Assembly: GCA_035700105.1 (NCBI GenBank)
Contig: DASSOZ010000040.1
Span: forward strand, 3,957 to 67,956
Source of the DNA: Acidimicrobiales bacterium
GTDB lineage: Bacteria > Actinomycetota > Acidimicrobiia > Acidimicrobiales > DASSOZ01
Direction of reading: 5' to 3'
DNA length: 64,000 nucleotides
The notes under the pieces were generated by a model, which ran no database searches, was not told the DNA's origin, and saw nothing but the letters and a program-made list of their open reading frames with translations. Positions 61,026 through 64,000 of this stretch are shown here, one piece after another. Each line of letters begins with the position of its first letter. Within the stretch, counting starts at the first letter, position 1. Made by a program: the position numbers and the translations under genes.

Positions 61026-61879
61026 CGGGGTGTCTCCTCTTCAGTGTCGGCAGCGGCGGAGCCCGACGGTGCGCTGGTGTGAGCGAGTCGTCGTCGGGCG
61101 CGGACGGCGCGGAGCTGGTGCGCAACGACGAGGTGTCTTCCGTCCACGCCCCACGCGTCGATGCGCTCGTCGATCCAGCCGTGCGCCGTCGCCGAAGTCG
61201 TGACCGCCCGCACGAGGACCCAGGGCGACGTCGTCGCCGTCTGCAGACCGCCGGGTCGCAGGGTGAGCTCCACCGTCGGGATCGGTCGCGGCACCGTGAG
61301 GGTGGCTGCGAACGACGGGGCGAGCGCGTCACTGAGCACCGCCAGGCGCGCAAGGTCGGGTGGCTGCTCGTCGTCGGTCAACCGCACCCAGGCGGTGAGC
61401 TCGGGGGCGGTGCCGCCGGCGTAGGGGCGATCGTGACCGACGGGTCGGATCTCGAAGTGGGCCGCGATCGGCGCGAGTTCGGTCGGCACGGCGAACGTCC
61501 CGTGGTCGTGCGGCCTCCCCGCTGCCGGTGACGCGGGTGCGACCGTGTGGTCGAGCTGCGCGTCAGCGGGCGCGAACGTCGCCATCGCGGTGACGGCGTG
61601 GCGCCCGTTGCTGTAGCCGGACGCGTCGACGATGAGCATCGGGCCGTCCCTCCTGACGCGCGGCTCGACGGCGACGTCGCCACGGACGGGGTCGTGCAGC
61701 TGCACGAAGAGGCTTCCGAGTTGGCGGTCACCGGCGAGCTCGGCCATCGCGGCGACGAGGCGGCCGGCGACGAGCCCGCCGTGGAGTCCACCGAACCCGT
61801 ACAGCGACGGAGGCGCCGGCACGATCGGACGGCGGTCGTCGAGGAAGGCTGACGGTGTCGTTGCGCCGGGTTCGCTCAT
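61022..61879 (-). CDS. acyl-CoA thioesterase-like (double hotdog, TesB-like) protein, 285 aa
   Basis: ORF 61022..63259(-) trimmed to the ATG at 61879. ATGA overlaps occur at both ends. The N-terminal block LYGFGGLHGGLVAGRLV resembles thioesterase family proteins, so the family call is moderate. Confidence 0.6.
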   Translation of the reverse strand: MSEPGATTPSAFLDDRRPIVPAPPSLYGFGGLHGGLVAGRLVAAMAELAGDRQLGSLFVQLHDPVRGDVAVEPRVRRDGPMLIVDASGYSNGRHAVTAMATFAPADAQLDHTVAPASPAAGRPHDHGTFAVPTELAPIAAHFEIRPVGHDRPYAGGTAPELTAWVRLTDDEQPPDLARLAVLSDALAPSFAATLTVPRPIPTVELTLRPGGLQTATTSPWVLVRAVTTSATAHGWIDERIDAWGVDGRHLVVAHQLRAVRARRRLAHTSAPSGSAAADTEEETPR

Positions 61880-63309
61880 CGCGCGCCACCCGCGAGCGCG
61901 GGGGTCGTCGCCGGAGACGCGCCAACAGCGCGAGGTCGAGCTCCGGCTCGGAGCAGCGTCACAGACAGGACCGCCGCGGTCACGGCGAGCACGGTGACGA
62001 CGAGCCAGCCTCGCCGGAACGCACCGAGTGCACCCGATGGTGACGCCGGTGCACCAACGACGCCGACGAGCAGGGCGACGCCGATCGCCAGACCGATCTG
62101 ACGCGCCATGTTGATGACCGCCGAACCGGTCGCGGCGGACGACTCGGGCAGCGAGGTCGTCGCTGCGGTCATCAACGTCGGGAGCGCGAGCCCGACGCCG
62201 ATGCCCGTCAGCAGGATCCCTGGCAGCAGGGTCGCGGCGTACGAACGGTCGAGCGTGATCGCCACCAGCCACCAGAGGGTCCCCGCGGCGAACGTCGCGC
62301 AACCGGCTGCGGCCACGATGGCAGGCCCCCACTTCCGCAACAACCCACCGACGACGAAGAACGAGAACAGCGGGACCATGAGCGGGCCGGGAGCGACGGC
62401 GAAGCCCGTCCGCAGCGCCGACCAGTGCCACACCTGCTGCTGCCACAGCACGATCGACAGCAGCATCGCCCCGAACGCCGCGGTGAACACCGCGGCCACC
62501 GTCGACGCGCTGATGAATCCCGCCGCGCGCAGAGTGCCTCGGTCGATCAGCGGGTTGCACTGAACTGCGGACCGCCACGCGAACGCGACGCCTGCGACGA
62601 TCGCCGCCACGAACGTCCCTACCGTCCTCGTCGACGTCCACCCCCACGACGTCCCGTCGACGAGCGCCCACGTGACAAGCGCGACCGCGCCTGTCACGAG
62701 AACGGCGCCAACCACGTCGGGTCGCGGCCCGGCGTGTCCCGGGAGACGAGGGAGCAGCCGCCACCCGAGCACGAGTGCAACTGCACCGACAGGAACGTTG
62801 ATCACGAAGACCCATCGCCAGCTGAGGGTCACGAGCAACCCACCGACGACGGGGCCGATCGCCGCAGCCAGGCCACCGATCGCCGTCCACGCCCGCACCG
62901 CGCTGCCACGGCGCTCCGGCGCAGTGGTGGTGAGGACCAACCCCAACGAAGTGGGCGTCAGGAGCGCCGCGCCCGCCGCCTGCACCACCCGAGCGGCGAT
63001 CAGGAAGCTCGCGGTCGGCGCCGCCGCGCACAGCGACGAACCGGCGACGAACGTCGCCACACCGACCAGGAACCCCCGGTCCCGGGCGTGCCGGTCGGCG
63101 ACGCGCCCCAGCACGACGAGGAGCGAGGCGTAGGTGATCGCGTATGCGCTGATCACCCACGACAGGCGGTCGAGGCCGACGCCGAACTGGCGGCCCATGT
63201 CCGGCAACGCCACGTTCACCACGAACAGATCGAGGCTGGCCAGGGCCACGCCGGTGCACACGATGGCGAGCACGATGCGCTCGCGCGCCAGCTGACTTAG
63301 GTTTCGCAT
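61876..63309 (-). CDS. MFS transporter, DHA2 (EmrB/QacA, 14-TM) family, 477 aa
   Basis: ORF 61876..63471(-) trimmed to the ATG at 63309. Motif A-like is GRVADRHARDRG. About 14 hydrophobic segments. Confidence 0.85.
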   Translation of the reverse strand: MRNLSQLARERIVLAIVCTGVALASLDLFVVNVALPDMGRQFGVGLDRLSWVISAYAITYASLLVVLGRVADRHARDRGFLVGVATFVAGSSLCAAAPTASFLIAARVVQAAGAALLTPTSLGLVLTTTAPERRGSAVRAWTAIGGLAAAIGPVVGGLLVTLSWRWVFVINVPVGAVALVLGWRLLPRLPGHAGPRPDVVGAVLVTGAVALVTWALVDGTSWGWTSTRTVGTFVAAIVAGVAFAWRSAVQCNPLIDRGTLRAAGFISASTVAAVFTAAFGAMLLSIVLWQQQVWHWSALRTGFAVAPGPLMVPLFSFFVVGGLLRKWGPAIVAAAGCATFAAGTLWWLVAITLDRSYAATLLPGILLTGIGVGLALPTLMTAATTSLPESSAATGSAVINMARQIGLAIGVALLVGVVGAPASPSGALGAFRRGWLVVTVLAVTAAVLSVTLLRAGARPRAVGASPATTPALAGGAR

Positions 63310-63373
63310 AGTCAGGGATCGTTGTGTCACGACCACCTGGCTTTTGTCAAGCGAAGTCAGGTACTCTGGCGGC

Positions 63374-63901
63374 ATGCCAGCGATCCGGATGACCGGCCCG
63401 CTCGAGCCGCGCAGTGGTTGGGAAGCCAGCGGTTGCACGATCGCCAAGTCGCTCGACCTGTTGTCGACCAAGTCGGCGTTCCTGCTGCTACGAGAGGCGT
63501 TCTACGGTGCCACGCGGTTCGACGACCTGTCAGCGCGCGCCGGCGTCAGCGAACCCGTCGCCGCCGCTCGCCTCAAGGAGCTCGTCGAACGCGGCCTCCT
63601 CGAGCGCCACGAATACCGCGAACCCGGTCAGCGAGCCCGGCCGGGCTACGGCCTCACCCGCAAGGGCGCCGAGCTGCTGCCGGTGCTCGTCGCCCTCATG
63701 CAGTGGGGCGACCGCTGGGCGACAGACGACGGCGGGCCCGTCGAGCTGCGTCACCGCGACTGCGGAAGCCGCGTCCATGTCGAGCTGCGCTGCGACTACG
63801 ACCACGAGGTCGACCTCGACGAGCTCGACCTCGCGCCGCATCATGCGCGCCGCCCGACGTCACGCCGCGGTGGCGCGGCGAACGCACGTCGTACTCGCTA
63901 G
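63374..63901 (+). CDS. HxlR family winged-helix transcriptional regulator, ~175 aa
   Basis: ORF 63344..63901(+); an ATG at 63374 or 63344 is possible. The HxlR signature is C..AKSLDLL..K.AFLLLREAFYG..RFDDL...LKELVERGLLER...GYGLTRKG..L.PVL.AL.QWG. It is divergent from the MFS gene. Confidence 0.8.
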   Translation: MPAIRMTGPLEPRSGWEASGCTIAKSLDLLSTKSAFLLLREAFYGATRFDDLSARAGVSEPVAAARLKELVERGLLERHEYREPGQRARPGYGLTRKGAELLPVLVALMQWGDRWATDDGGPVELRHRDCGSRVHVELRCDYDHEVDLDELDLAPHHARRPTSRRGGAANARRTR

Positions 63902-64000
63902 GACGCGGTGGTCGCCGTCACTTCCGCGTCGAGCGCCCGCTCCAGGATGTCGCGCAGCGCCGCCGCGTCGCGCCGACTCACTCGGGCACCCAAGTGTGTC
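63898..64000 (-). CDS. C-terminal fragment of an unidentified protein (gene continues beyond the window end)
   Basis: Manual minus-strand translation gives ...THLGARVSRRDAAALRDILERALDAEVTATTAS, ending at a TAG (63898..63900). Third positions are G/C-rich. No function can be assigned from 33 residues. Confidence 0.35.
   Translation of the reverse strand, partial: THLGARVSRRDAAALRDILERALDAEVTATTAS

Overview
This is a 64-kb stretch of a very GC-rich chromosome (by eye well above 65% G+C, with codon position 3 almost always G/C). Gene content points to a high-G+C Actinomycetota genome: a 6C sRNA, an MMPL transporter, a DUF3068/PorA-like protein, many leaderless-looking genes, and GTG/TTG starts. 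I support about 60 tightly packed protein genes. Many are joined by 4-nt ATGA/GTGA overlaps. They include housekeeping functions (ettA, prfC, gluQ, a principal-like sigma factor), lipid and acyl-CoA metabolism, redox enzymes, two class III nucleotide cyclases, an OmpR/histidine-kinase pair, a SoxR regulator with a textbook SoxR box, and a conserved envelope glycosyltransferase cluster. I found no rRNA, tRNA, CRISPR array, transposase, integrase or recognisable defence island, so most of the window looks like core genome. Most long ORFs in the six-frame track are antisense or out-of-frame shadows typical of GC-rich DNA, and several real genes had to be trimmed to internal starts. The observations most worth a second look are listed below.
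- A 47-nt palindromic element occurs twice, at two convergent gene junctions, with a conserved base and a covarying apex.
- A 6C sRNA converges on an unlisted 30-codon ORF, and the two share one bidirectional terminator.
- A SoxR-controlled leaderless promoter drives an uncharacterised 342-aa protein.
- A GT-C / GT2 / DUF2064 / methyltransferase / Mo-oxidoreductase envelope cluster sits next to a long mixed operon headed by a two-component system.
- An MBL-hydrolase gene is translationally coupled to a HerA-like ATPase gene.
- A 331-nt structured leader precedes a cell-wall hydrolase gene and may be a c-di-AMP (ydaO-type) riboswitch.
- A 110-bp lower-GC insert is bracketed by a duplicated 21-mer that carries two stop codons.
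All functional calls come from reading motifs by eye and from memory of protein families. No database search was run.
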